DNA of 64,000 nucleotides from Bacteroidota bacterium (GTDB lineage Bacteria > Bacteroidota > Bacteroidia > Bacteroidales > JBHOTF01). Below are positions 35,753 to 45,673 of this stretch, one piece after another. The position numbers were made by a program, and so were the translations under genes. A model generated the notes under the pieces. The model ran no database searches, had not been told where the DNA came from, and worked only from the letters and a program-made list of their open reading frames with translations. The DNA is taken from positions 4,151 through 68,150 of the forward strand of contig JBHOTF010000004.1 of assembly GCA_042584005.1 (NCBI GenBank), given 5' to 3'. Each line of letters begins with the position of its first letter. Positions within the stretch are counted from its first letter, which is position 1.

Positions 35753-36298
35753 CTATTTATACTTATTATAACTTCTTATTTCATCAATACTTCTTCTGAT
35801 TTTATTACGTATTTTATTATCAGCCGGATAACCAAGAGTTATTATCATATCAATTTGCTTGTTGTAAGGCATGCTTAATACCTTTTTTAGTTTTTTTTCA
35901 TTGAACCATCCCAGAAGACAGGTTCCCAGTCCTAATTCTGCAGCCTGAAGGCAAAAATGTTCACTTGCTATTCCAACATCATATTGATTATATATTTTGT
36001 TTTTTATCTTTTGTCCAATCCTTGTTATTGTTTTTGATTTTTCTGTAATTACTACTATAAGAACCGGCGACTGCATGGTGAAGTGATTAAAAGAAAAAAT
36101 AGTTCCAAAAGTTTCTTTGGCAACTTTTTCCTTTAATTCAGGCTCATCAACCACTATAAAATACCAGGGTTGACTATTTGATGCGGATGGGGCAATACGT
36201 GCAGCCTCTAAACATAATTCAATTTTTTCTCTGTCGACAGACTGGTCTGAATATTTTCTAACACTTTGTCTGATTTTTGCTAGCTCAATAAACTTCAT
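35753..36298 (-). CDS. Nitroreductase-family flavoprotein
   Basis: RQSVRKY and APSASNSQPWYFIVV motifs; 181 aa. Confidence 0.8.
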   Translation of the reverse strand: MKFIELAKIRQSVRKYSDQSVDREKIELCLEAARIAPSASNSQPWYFIVVDEPELKEKVAKETFGTIFSFNHFTMQSPVLIVVITEKSKTITRIGQKIKNKIYNQYDVGIASEHFCLQAAELGLGTCLLGWFNEKKLKKVLSMPYNKQIDMIITLGYPADNKIRNKIRRSIDEIRSYNKYK

Positions 36299-36324
36299 TA
36301 TAAGTTAAATATTATTTGTTTTGA

Positions 36325-36332
36325 CAAAAATA
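36325..36332 (-). promoter_or_regulatory. Candidate -7 box TATTTTTG (minus strand)
   Basis: The plus strand reads CAAAAATA, 27 nt upstream of the nitroreductase start at 36298. Confidence 0.4.
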
Positions 36333-36358
36333 TAAAACATTATGAGAGTAGAAATTAT

Positions 36359-36366
36359 TATCTTTG
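36359..36366 (+). promoter_or_regulatory. Candidate -7 box TATCTTTG
   Basis: TAnnTTTG match 20 nt upstream of the moeA ATG at 36386. Confidence 0.45.
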
Positions 36367-36385
36367 CAAGCTAAAATATTTGTTT

Positions 36386-37561
36386 ATGATACAATTAGAT
36401 GAAGCTCTTGAAATAGCCTTGAATAAGGCATTTGTATTAGATACAGAAAGAATAGATTATATTGAATCATTAGGAAGAATTCTTGGAGAAGATATAAGAT
36501 CTGATATTAATATGCCTCCGTTTAATAAATCAGCAATGGATGGGTATGCATGCCGAAGAGAGGATTTGTCTTTTGAATTGGAAGTCGTGGAGACAATTAG
36601 AGCAGGATTTGTTCCGGAAAAATCAATTGTGGAGAGACAGTGTGCCAGTATAATGACAGGTGCAATTTTACCGGAAGGAGCTAATTGTGTGATAATGGTG
36701 GAGCATACAAAAAAGAGTAAGGATAATAAAATACTTTTTACTAAAGAAAAAACTAAGAATAATATATGTTATAAAGGGGAAGATATTAAAATTGGAGAAT
36801 TGGTTTTAAAAAAAGGTGAAAAGATAAAATCACAACATATCGCTGTAATGGCATCATTAGGCTGTGTTAAACCTCAGGTATATAAACAACCAAAAGTTGG
36901 TGTAATAGCTACTGGAACAGAATTAGTTGAACCGGAGAATAAACCAGGTATTTCTCAGATAAGAAATAGCAATGGCTCACAAATGATCGCACAATTGAAA
37001 GCTTTAGGAATTAATCCTGAATATTATGGAATAGCTCCAGATTCTGAAGAAAAAACCTTTAATATAATTTCTGATTCATTGAAAGAAAATGATGTTATTT
37101 TGCTTTCAGGAGGAGTTTCGATGGGAGAGTATGATTTTGTTCCAAAGGTATTAAAGAAGCTTGGTATAGAATTGCTTTTTCAAAAAATTGCCGTTAAACC
37201 TGGTAAACCAACCACTTTTGGCGTAAATAATAAAAAATATGTTTTTGCCTTACCGGGAAATCCTGTTTCATCATTCATAATTTTTGATCTTTTGGTAAAA
37301 CCATTTTTATATAAAATGATGAATAAAGATACCTCCCAATCTATTATTAAATTACCATTAGAAAAAAGGATAGAACGAAAGAAAGCAGAACGACTGGTTT
37401 GGATGCCTGGAAAAATTAATAATAATGGAACTGTCCAGGTAATTGATTATCACGGCTCAGCTCATATAAATTCTCTAACTGATGCTGATTGTATAATTTC
37501 AATGAAAGCCGGACAACTAACTATTGAATCTGGAGAACTTGCAGATGTTAGACAAATTTAA
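36386..37561 (+). CDS. moeA: Molybdopterin molybdenum(tungsten)transferase MoeA
   Basis: PPFNKSAMDGYA and LSGGVSMGEYDFV motifs. I prefer the ATG at 36386 to the TTG at 36380. Confidence 0.85.
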   Translation: MIQLDEALEIALNKAFVLDTERIDYIESLGRILGEDIRSDINMPPFNKSAMDGYACRREDLSFELEVVETIRAGFVPEKSIVERQCASIMTGAILPEGANCVIMVEHTKKSKDNKILFTKEKTKNNICYKGEDIKIGELVLKKGEKIKSQHIAVMASLGCVKPQVYKQPKVGVIATGTELVEPENKPGISQIRNSNGSQMIAQLKALGINPEYYGIAPDSEEKTFNIISDSLKENDVILLSGGVSMGEYDFVPKVLKKLGIELLFQKIAVKPGKPTTFGVNNKKYVFALPGNPVSSFIIFDLLVKPFLYKMMNKDTSQSIIKLPLEKRIERKKAERLVWMPGKINNNGTVQVIDYHGSAHINSLTDADCIISMKAGQLTIESGELADVRQI

Positions 37562-38345
37562 CAGGAAAATAGACTATTTAAGAATTTCAGTTACCGATAG
37601 ATGTAACTTAAGGTGCACATATTGTATGCCTGAGGGTGGTGTAGAAAGCTTAAACCATAAAGATATTCTTAGCTATGATGAAATTGTTAATATTGTTAAA
37701 CTGGCAGTAAAAAACGGAATAAATAAGATAAGGCTTACTGGTGGTGAACCATTAGTACGCAAAGGAATATGCAATCTTGTTCAGATGATTTCCTCTATTC
37801 CCGGTATAGAGGATCTTAGTTTAACAACAAATGGAATGTTGCTTGATGAATATGCTGAAGATTTGAAAAAAGCAGGCCTGAACCGGGTTAATATTAGTTT
37901 GGATTCTGTTTATCCTGAGAAATTCAGGAAAATAACCAGGGGAGGTGATATTAATTTGGTTTTTAAAGGTATTAAAGCCGCTGAGAAAGCCGGACTTTTA
38001 CCTGTAAAAATTAATTGCGTTGTATTAAATTCTTCACTGGAAAAGGATGCAAAAGAAGTGGCAAAATATTGCAAATTGAATAGCCTTGAACTTCGTTATA
38101 TTCATCAAATGGATTTACAAACAGGGAAATTCTCCATTGTTGAAGGCGGTTCAGGGGGTGATTGTAAGAAATGCAACAGATTAAGATTAACAAGCAATGG
38201 TTATATTAAACCATGTTTGTTTAGTGATCTTGGATATAATATTAGAGAAATAGGGGCTGAAAAGGCGTTTAATGCCGCTATTCAAAATAAACCTGAATGT
38301 GGAAGTTATAGTCAGAGCGAAAAGTTTTATTCTATTGGAGGATAA
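37545..38345 (+). CDS. moaA: GTP 3',8-cyclase MoaA (compact form)
   Basis: Radical-SAM CNLRCTYC, a C-terminal cluster CKKCNRLRLTSNGYIKPC and a terminal Gly-Gly. The ATG at 37545 overlaps moeA by 17 nt. Confidence 0.85.
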   Translation: MLDKFNRKIDYLRISVTDRCNLRCTYCMPEGGVESLNHKDILSYDEIVNIVKLAVKNGINKIRLTGGEPLVRKGICNLVQMISSIPGIEDLSLTTNGMLLDEYAEDLKKAGLNRVNISLDSVYPEKFRKITRGGDINLVFKGIKAAEKAGLLPVKINCVVLNSSLEKDAKEVAKYCKLNSLELRYIHQMDLQTGKFSIVEGGSGGDCKKCNRLRLTSNGYIKPCLFSDLGYNIREIGAEKAFNAAIQNKPECGSYSQSEKFYSIGG

Positions 38346-38373
38346 GAAAGGGAACAATAATAAATTGTGAACT

Positions 38374-38835
38374 ATGAAGAAATTAAGTCATATCGATGAT
38401 CAGGGGAAAGCCAGAATGGTTGATGTTGGTGATAAACCAGATCAGCTGAGAATTGCAAAGGCCACAGGGCATATTTGTTTAAATAAAGATGCCATTTACC
38501 AGATTAAGGAAAATCAAAATAAAAAAGGTGATGTATTAACTGTAGCTGAAATAGCAGGTATTCAGGCTGCGAAAAAAACATCTGACATAATTCCTTTATG
38601 CCATCCATTACCAATTACAAAAATTTCAGTAAAAGCATCAATAGATAAGTCTGGAGTGACAGTAAACAGTGAATTAAAATGTATTGGTAAAACCGGAATT
38701 GAAATGGAAGCCCTGACAGCCGTAAGTGCAGCATTATTAACGATATATGATATGTGCAAGGCAGTTGATAAAAAAATGGTGATAACTGAGGTCAGGCTTA
38801 TTGAAAAGACTAAAAATAATATTAGTTTAAAGTAA
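38374..38835 (+). CDS. moaC: Cyclic pyranopterin monophosphate synthase MoaC
   Basis: MVDVGDK, IPLCHPL and GIEMEALTA motifs; 153 aa. Confidence 0.9.
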   Translation: MKKLSHIDDQGKARMVDVGDKPDQLRIAKATGHICLNKDAIYQIKENQNKKGDVLTVAEIAGIQAAKKTSDIIPLCHPLPITKISVKASIDKSGVTVNSELKCIGKTGIEMEALTAVSAALLTIYDMCKAVDKKMVITEVRLIEKTKNNISLK

Positions 38836-38865
38836 GTAAAAACACCTGTTTGAAACATATTAGAT

Positions 38866-39468
38866 TCAGGCCTTTTTATTAAGAGATTCGAGATCTTCAG
38901 GTGTATTAATATTTGTGAAATTCTTTTTTGAAAATTCATTCTCCTGTATTTCCAGATAACCAACTTTAATTTTGTCCAAAAACTTCCTGATATAAAAATT
39001 ATTAGTACTAATAAATGAGTTAAGCGATTTTAAGCTCGATTTATTATATATAGAAAACATTGGTTCTAAATTATTGCCAGTTTTTGGTACAACAGCATCA
39101 AAATTATTTTTTTTATAATAATCAATAACCTTCCTTATCATTTCAGTATTTATAAAAGGCATATCACAGGCAACAACAAAAACTGCCTCCTTTGTTGAGT
39201 ATGAAAGAGCTGAATGAATACCACCAATAGGCCCTGTATTTTTTATTTTATCAGAAACAACTCTTATTTTTTTATTCTGGTAATTATATTTTGTTGTTTC
39301 ATTTGTTACTATTAATATTTCTTCAAACAAATTCTCATATTTTTCCAGAATACTGGTAATTATTTCTTTGCCATTAACTTTTAATAAAGCTTTTTCTTTT
39401 CCTCCCATCCTGGTGTTTTTTCCTCCGGCAAGTATCGCTCCGGTCACATCTTTGTAATTTAAAATCAT
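38866..39468 (-). CDS. mobA: Molybdenum cofactor guanylyltransferase MobA
   Basis: GAILAGGKNTRMGG N-terminal motif and VVACDMPF; 200 aa. Confidence 0.8.
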   Translation of the reverse strand: MILNYKDVTGAILAGGKNTRMGGKEKALLKVNGKEIITSILEKYENLFEEILIVTNETTKYNYQNKKIRVVSDKIKNTGPIGGIHSALSYSTKEAVFVVACDMPFINTEMIRKVIDYYKKNNFDAVVPKTGNNLEPMFSIYNKSSLKSLNSFISTNNFYIRKFLDKIKVGYLEIQENEFSKKNFTNINTPEDLESLNKKA

Positions 39469-39513
39469 AGAATATTTATATTTTTTAATAGCCGGAATAG
39501 TAGTTTATACTTA

Positions 39514-40392
39514 TTATGAAACTTCTAGAAACTTCTTTATATTATTATCATATGGACCATTAAACCTTGTTTCAAGTAATGACTCCTGTATGTATTTGTT
39601 TTGCATTGCAGCAATATCAATATATCCGGAGTTCATAAAATCTATAATAGGAGTGTCTTCTTCAAGAATTTCTTCTTCGGTTTTTAACTTTTTAGTTTTC
39701 AGATATCTTCTACATCTGTCACAAGTATAAGCTGAAATTTCTGATTCACCTTCAACATTTAAATAGCTTAAAACCTCTTTTTCTGATGTAAGGCAGAATG
39801 AACATTGCAATCTTCTGAATGACCATTTCGCACCACAGCAAATACAGGCCATTATTTTTTTTCCTTCTTTTTCAATAATATATGATATTCCCGGCCAGTG
39901 GCCGCATACAGGACAAAATGCTGAGTTATGGTCATGGAAGGGGAAATCATTAAGTATACATAGTCTTACTGCTTCTCTGTATGGTAAGGCAGAGAATAAA
40001 GAAAAAAAGCTTAAAAATTCATTTGTTAATTCATTTATCCTTCCAAAATCGGAGATGTTTTTATGATTATTTTTTAAAATGTTTAATGTAAACTCCTTTG
40101 ATACTTCAGGTTTGTTATTAATTATTTTCTGTAACGAATTTATATCCTTTTCAAATTCAGGTATATGTGACTTAAATATAATTAGAAAAGATGAAAGGAA
40201 ATTATGATTGTCTTTTTTATCAATTGTCCAGATATTATCTTCAATTACATAACTTCCTTTTTCTATAAGAGGAATATTTTTTCTGATCAGACTTTTATTA
40301 AAAGATTTGTTGTTAAACAGATCCCGGAAAGATATCTTAAGATCATTAAATGCTTTGAAAAAAGATGTTACTGAGTTATTTATATTACTCAT
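39514..40392 (-). CDS. fdhE: Formate dehydrogenase accessory protein FdhE-like
   Basis: Four CxxC pairs (CPVCG, CICCG, CSFC, CDRC) in FdhE order. It is the last gene of the fdh operon. Confidence 0.7.
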   Translation of the reverse strand: MSNINNSVTSFFKAFNDLKISFRDLFNNKSFNKSLIRKNIPLIEKGSYVIEDNIWTIDKKDNHNFLSSFLIIFKSHIPEFEKDINSLQKIINNKPEVSKEFTLNILKNNHKNISDFGRINELTNEFLSFFSLFSALPYREAVRLCILNDFPFHDHNSAFCPVCGHWPGISYIIEKEGKKIMACICCGAKWSFRRLQCSFCLTSEKEVLSYLNVEGESEISAYTCDRCRRYLKTKKLKTEEEILEEDTPIIDFMNSGYIDIAAMQNKYIQESLLETRFNGPYDNNIKKFLEVS

Positions 40393-40429
40393 TCGAATTA
40401 TTGTTAAATTTTATTTTAAGTACTGGTTT

Positions 40430-41671
40430 TTATCCTTTTTCAAAAATAGGTATTCGTTTACAAATATGATAAAATAGTAGTATTGTCATTGAAAATATAC
40501 CAATGGTTATTAAAATTTCAAAAATATGAGGATAATATACAGGGTAGTTTTCAATGTTTTGTCCTATCCAAACAATATTTGCACGGTTCAGGATAACCCC
40601 TCCAACAACCATGATAGAAATCCATAATATTGCTTTCTCTGTTTTTTTCACCACTGGTAAAATTAGTAATATCAAGGGCAGGATTAATCCTGCTCCAACC
40701 TCTATCCAAAAAGCAAGGAGCTGTTTTGTAGTCGCATTAAATATCAGTCCGTTTTGAATATATAATACAACAAATTTAAATAATAGTGTTAGGAGAATTA
40801 CCCATACCATTGCTTTTGAAAGATTTCTTATTAATACAGAATCAACAGCAATTCTATAAACCCTTATGGATATAATGGATTCAATTATTATCATTGCTAA
40901 TCCGACACAAATTGCTGTTAGAATGGAATCTATTGGTAAAAGAGTTGTGTACCATGGTGCTGCTAGTTTAAATGGCACCATTAAATAAAGTATCCCCAGA
41001 GAAGATTGGTGAATAATTGAAATCACTATACCAACAATAATAAGAATAATCTGAATATTGGCTTTTGAAAGTAATGATTTGAATAATATCCATAAAATAG
41101 TAAAAAGAAGAAAAGTTGTAATAGTATAGATCAGGTTAGCTGACATTAGGAATATAAAAAAAGTCATAATAATTATTCCCAATATGGAGGCAACAATATC
41201 GTACCTTCTTTTAAGCAGTTTATTTTTTTCCAAAAGGATTGAAGTAAATTCCAGAGCCAGAATTGTTCCATATAAAATGACACACCAGCCAACAAGAAAC
41301 ATTGGTGAAGCATTATTCCAGTATAGTATTGAGTGCCACATTTCAATTGACCTGCCAAGATCCACGAACAATGCAAATATTTCCATAATGTATCCCAGAA
41401 AGGCTGTTAGTATGGCAGCCCGGTATAAATGTTTGTATTTTTCACGACCAAAAACATTAACAACAATTGCCATAATTAAGCCACCCGTGGTGAGGGCAAT
41501 ACCTGCCATAATATTTGCACCGATCAAGATTCCCCAGGGATAACCATCAGAATGATTTGTTGATGCACCCAGTCCTACATTAAATCTATAGATAATCAGC
41601 GCAATAGCTATTGCAGAAAAGCCATATAAGATGATCAGCCATGGACTGATTATTTTTTTTACCTTATTCAT
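40430..41671 (-). CDS. NrfD/PsrC-type integral membrane quinone-interacting subunit
   Basis: 413 aa, about 10 TM helices. It overlaps the Fe-S subunit gene by 8 nt. AGAGGAG lies 4 nt upstream of the ATG. Confidence 0.75.
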   Translation of the reverse strand: MNKVKKIISPWLIILYGFSAIAIALIIYRFNVGLGASTNHSDGYPWGILIGANIMAGIALTTGGLIMAIVVNVFGREKYKHLYRAAILTAFLGYIMEIFALFVDLGRSIEMWHSILYWNNASPMFLVGWCVILYGTILALEFTSILLEKNKLLKRRYDIVASILGIIIMTFFIFLMSANLIYTITTFLLFTILWILFKSLLSKANIQIILIIVGIVISIIHQSSLGILYLMVPFKLAAPWYTTLLPIDSILTAICVGLAMIIIESIISIRVYRIAVDSVLIRNLSKAMVWVILLTLLFKFVVLYIQNGLIFNATTKQLLAFWIEVGAGLILPLILLILPVVKKTEKAILWISIMVVGGVILNRANIVWIGQNIENYPVYYPHIFEILITIGIFSMTILLFYHICKRIPIFEKG

Positions 41672-42509
41672 TTTTCTCCTCTTTCTCGTTTAATAAAGTT
41701 TCATCCTTATTCTTCATTTCTGCTATTTCCTTTTTCCTGTTATAAATAAGAGCTGTAATACCAAGAGCTGCTCCAAGGCCTATAGCTACAGGTGAAATTG
41801 ATTTCATGAATGAAGTGATTTTTGAGCCAATAGCCTCCTTAGGAAGATTTTCAGGATATCCCGGATTAAAATCTTCAAGGGGTATGCTTGAAATATTCAA
41901 TACACAGGTTCCTCCAACTTCGGTTAAGCCATAAATATGTTGATGGTATTTTTCGGGGTTTTTCTTAAGTCTCCTTTCGGCAATTTTTATAAGATCCCCT
42001 CTTTCACCATAAAGAATAGCTCCTGTGGGACAAGCTTTGGAACATGATGGTGGAAGGCCTTCAAGAATACGATCCTGACAAAATGTACATTTACGTATAT
42101 CAGCAATAACTTTTGACCATTCAAACTTGGGTATGTTATAGGGACATGCTATCATGCAATACCTGCAGCCTATACATTTTTTCTCATCCCAAACAACAGG
42201 GCCTTCTTCTGTTTTATGCATAGCCCCTGTTATACAAGCGTTAGCACATGCCGGACTAATACAATGCTGACATTGATGCTTTGCAAAAACCCAACCTAAC
42301 ATTTCTCCGTTCTTATATACCTCATGATATCTAATAAGTGTAAAAGTAGAACTTGAAAGATTTGCCGGATTCTGGTAGCCCGGTCCTCCGAAAAATTTTG
42401 TTTTTTCTGCAAGCAGGTTGTTCCATTGTTTACAGGCAACCTGGCATGCACGGCATCCAATGCATTTTGTGTTATCTAATAAAAAGGATTTTTGCTTATT
42501 AGTATCCAT
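41664..42509 (-). CDS. Formate dehydrogenase Fe-S subunit (FdnH/HybA-like, C-terminal TM anchor)
   Basis: Four ferredoxin-type Cys clusters (CIGCRACQVAC, CQHCISPACANAC, CIGCRYCMIACP, CTFC...CSKACP) and a C-terminal helix. I prefer the ATG at 42509, which is preceded by AAGGAG at 7-nt spacing. Confidence 0.8.
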   Translation of the reverse strand: MDTNKQKSFLLDNTKCIGCRACQVACKQWNNLLAEKTKFFGGPGYQNPANLSSSTFTLIRYHEVYKNGEMLGWVFAKHQCQHCISPACANACITGAMHKTEEGPVVWDEKKCIGCRYCMIACPYNIPKFEWSKVIADIRKCTFCQDRILEGLPPSCSKACPTGAILYGERGDLIKIAERRLKKNPEKYHQHIYGLTEVGGTCVLNISSIPLEDFNPGYPENLPKEAIGSKITSFMKSISPVAIGLGAALGITALIYNRKKEIAEMKNKDETLLNEKEEKNE

Positions 42510-42520
42510 TTCCAAGCTCC

Positions 42521-45500
42521 TTATAATTTTTCAATGTCACATAGAAATGCTTTATACTCAGGTATATTGGTATTTGCATCTCCGATGTGTGGTGTAAGCA
42601 TGTTTGCCGAATCGCCTTTGGCTAATCCTGAATATCCATAATGCCATGGTAAACCTATTTGATGAATAAGTCGTTTTTGACCATTTGAATCTTCAAAACT
42701 AAAAGGTTCAAAACGATGAGTAATTAAAGCCTGAGCTTTTACTTTTCCACGAGCTGAAGAGATAAGTACCTTATCTCCATTTTTGATTCCTTTTTCATTG
42801 GCAAGTTCTTTTCCAATTTCCACAAAAACATCAGGCATTAATTCTACCAGCCATGGAAGGTTTCTTGTCATGGCGCCAGCTTGCCAATGCTCTGTTAGTC
42901 TGAAGGTTGTCGCCACAATAGGATATTCATCTGGTGTTCCTATTTTATTCATTTCCTTATTTTTGTTATCACCCTCATGGAATAGAATAATTGCAGGATT
43001 ATTTTTTTCAGCTGATAAAGGATTTTTGGCCAATGGTGATTCTACAGGTTCATAATGTTCAGGGTACGGGCCATCGTTTAGTTTAGCTGAAAATATTCTG
43101 GCATATCCTTCTTCATTCATTATAAACGGATATTTTGAGCCCGGAGCCCACCCTCCGTCAGGGGTATCTCCTTCAAATGCACCATCACCAGATTTGAGTA
43201 GTGGATTCCATTTGATAACCCACCTTTTTGGATTAAGTGGATTTCCTTCCAGATCAATTGAGGCTCTGTTATACAGAATCCGACGATTAACCGGCCAGCA
43301 CCACGACCAGTTAAGATTCATACCCGGAGCTCTGCCGTTAGCAATTTGTTTCTTAATTTCAGTTTCATCTTTTTCGGCTATCCTTTTGGCATATCTGTTA
43401 GAGAATCTATGCCCATTCATCTCAATAAAGTTCGGATCGGTAATTTTTCCTTCCTTATCGGTCCAGTCAACATAACCCCCACAATACAGCCAATTACCAC
43501 TTGCGGTAGTTCCATCATCTTTCAGATTACCAAAACCTGGAATTTGCCCTTTAGTATTTCCTTCTTCAATATAATATCCGTTTATCTCCTGTGCTACTAT
43601 ATGTACGTTTGGTTCTCTGTCAGGGTCAACTTTATTACCAGTATCATAATCCCAGTTAAGCTTAAGTATGGGATCGGGAAATACTCCTCCATCAACTTGA
43701 TATTCAGCTTTTATTGCTTTGTAAAGCGAATCTATCATCCAAAGATCTGACCTGGAATCACCATGCCAGCCCTTGTCTCCTGAATTAATTGCCTTATATC
43801 TCCATTGAGCCCAGCGTCCGGAATTTGTTATTGATCCTTCTTTCTCAACAGAAGCAGCAGCCGGAAGAAGGAAAACTTCAGTTTGAATTTCAGCAGGATT
43901 TACTCCCGGGCGTTTCCAGAATATTGATGTTTCTGTTTCCCAAAGATCAGCAATAACCATCCACTTAAGATTTTCGAGTGCTTTTCTTTCCTTATTTGCA
44001 TTGGGCCCGCTTACTGCCGGATTCTGACCCCATACAAACAAACCATCAAAGTTCCCTTTGTACATATTTTCAAAAAGGCTTATGTGATCATGCCAACCAT
44101 ATCTTTTAGGAAGATAATTATAGCAGAACCCACCTTCAGTATTCTTTTGTGCATTTTCACCCCACCAGGCTTTCAAAAGGCTTGTTATATATTTAGAATA
44201 ATTGCTCCACCAATTTGCCGATTTTTTATCATTAGACTCAGGACTATATTTATCAATGTAGGTTTTTAGATCAACATCCTCTGTTACAGGAGCTTTTAAA
44301 TAACCTGGAAGAATATGATAAAGCAAACACATATCGGTGGAACCCTGAACATTTGATTCTCCTCTTAATGCATTTATTCCGCCACCGGCAATTCCTATAT
44401 TTCCTAAAAGGAGTTGTAGTATAACATAAGATCTTATATATTGGGAGCCAACTGTGTGTTGGGTTGCTCCCATAGCATAACACCATGTGGCAGATTTGTC
44501 TTTTTTATATGTGCTTGAAAAAAGTTCACATACTTCTAGATATTTGTTTTTTGGAGTTCCAGTAATATTACATACAGTTTTTATATCATATCTGGAATAA
44601 TGTTTTTTTAACAACTGAAAAACACAATTTGGATCTTTCAAACTTTTATCCTGCTTTGGATTACCTTTATTATTTAATTCATATTTCCATAAATTTTTAT
44701 CATATTTTCTGGTTCTTGAATCATAACCCATAAATAGACCATCATTAAAACCGAACTTTTTATTGATAATAAAAGATGCATTTGTTGAATTAATCAGATA
44801 ATCTTCTTGAATTCTGTTATTTTCAATGCAATAATTAATCATGCCTCCAACATATGCAATATCTGTTCCTGACCGGAATTTTGTGTAAATGTCGGCAATA
44901 GATGAAGTACGTGTAAAGCGGGGGTCTGATGAAATAACCTTTCCTCCGTTTTCTTTTGCTTTTATAATCCATTTGGTAGTAAGTGGATGCATTTCAACAA
45001 CATTTGATCCCATTATCATTATTACGTCAGAGTTCTGAATATCGTTAAAATGATTTGTCATTGCACCTCTTCCAAAAGAAGAGCCCAAAGCGGCAACAGT
45101 AGAGGAATGACATATTCTTGCCTGGTGTTCTATCCAGTATATACCTAATGCACGTGCAAGTTTTACTAAAAGATAACATTCCTCAGTGTCGTGAGCAGCT
45201 CCACCAAGCTGAGCTATTCCATCAGTACGGTTAACAATATAGCCATTATCCTCTTTTACAAAAGATTTTTCACGTGCTTCTTTAACATTTTTAGCAATTT
45301 TATTAATTGCCCATTCCCAGTCTTTCTTTTCCCAGTTGGCCGACCCGGGAGCTCTGTAAAGAACAGATTTATTCCGATTTTGATTATTGCTAACCTGATA
45401 TAATCCCGCACCTTTAGCACATACTGCGCCTTCATTGATAGGATGATCAGGATCTCCTTCAATGTTTATTATCTGGCCATTCATGGTTGAAACTATTAAA

Positions 45501-45673
45501 CCACAACCAACACCACAGTATGGACAAATTGTTGTTGTTTCTTTTGATTTGGAAGTTTTAAACTGAGTATTTCCTGCCCATGAAGATTTTGAGGTCAATG
45601 CAAAAACAGATACAATTGTACCAAGCGAAAAAGTACTTCGCTTTAAAAATGATCTTCGACTAATTTGATTCAA
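42521..45673 (-). CDS. fdnG: Periplasmic formate dehydrogenase catalytic subunit (FdnG-like, Cys type)
   Basis: Tat signal SRRSFLK. Collinear by eye with E. coli FdnG from CPYCGVGCG to EYKAFLCDIEKL. HQARICHSSTVAALG carries Cys where FdnG has Sec. TTG start preceded by GGAGGTG. Confidence 0.9.
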   Translation of the reverse strand: MNQISRRSFLKRSTFSLGTIVSVFALTSKSSWAGNTQFKTSKSKETTTICPYCGVGCGLIVSTMNGQIINIEGDPDHPINEGAVCAKGAGLYQVSNNQNRNKSVLYRAPGSANWEKKDWEWAINKIAKNVKEAREKSFVKEDNGYIVNRTDGIAQLGGAAHDTEECYLLVKLARALGIYWIEHQARICHSSTVAALGSSFGRGAMTNHFNDIQNSDVIMIMGSNVVEMHPLTTKWIIKAKENGGKVISSDPRFTRTSSIADIYTKFRSGTDIAYVGGMINYCIENNRIQEDYLINSTNASFIINKKFGFNDGLFMGYDSRTRKYDKNLWKYELNNKGNPKQDKSLKDPNCVFQLLKKHYSRYDIKTVCNITGTPKNKYLEVCELFSSTYKKDKSATWCYAMGATQHTVGSQYIRSYVILQLLLGNIGIAGGGINALRGESNVQGSTDMCLLYHILPGYLKAPVTEDVDLKTYIDKYSPESNDKKSANWWSNYSKYITSLLKAWWGENAQKNTEGGFCYNYLPKRYGWHDHISLFENMYKGNFDGLFVWGQNPAVSGPNANKERKALENLKWMVIADLWETETSIFWKRPGVNPAEIQTEVFLLPAAASVEKEGSITNSGRWAQWRYKAINSGDKGWHGDSRSDLWMIDSLYKAIKAEYQVDGGVFPDPILKLNWDYDTGNKVDPDREPNVHIVAQEINGYYIEEGNTKGQIPGFGNLKDDGTTASGNWLYCGGYVDWTDKEGKITDPNFIEMNGHRFSNRYAKRIAEKDETEIKKQIANGRAPGMNLNWSWCWPVNRRILYNRASIDLEGNPLNPKRWVIKWNPLLKSGDGAFEGDTPDGGWAPGSKYPFIMNEEGYARIFSAKLNDGPYPEHYEPVESPLAKNPLSAEKNNPAIILFHEGDNKNKEMNKIGTPDEYPIVATTFRLTEHWQAGAMTRNLPWLVELMPDVFVEIGKELANEKGIKNGDKVLISSARGKVKAQALITHRFEPFSFEDSNGQKRLIHQIGLPWHYGYSGLAKGDSANMLTPHIGDANTNIPEYKAFLCDIEKL

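Noticed and set aside
38562-38963. Long antisense or overlapping ORFs (38562-38963, 48616-49047, 41184-41543, 27102-27449, 27924-28238, 43346-43750, 3003-3314 and others).
   Set aside because: Each lies fully inside, or largely overlaps, a well-supported gene on the other strand. Their compositions are low-complexity and Ser/Leu/Ile/Phe-rich, typical of antisense reading of AT-rich genes.
42521-45673. Selenocysteine recoding (in-frame TGA plus SECIS) in the formate dehydrogenase gene.
   Set aside because: The ORF is uninterrupted, and the position aligned with E. coli FdnG Sec reads Cys (ARICHSS). No recoding is needed.
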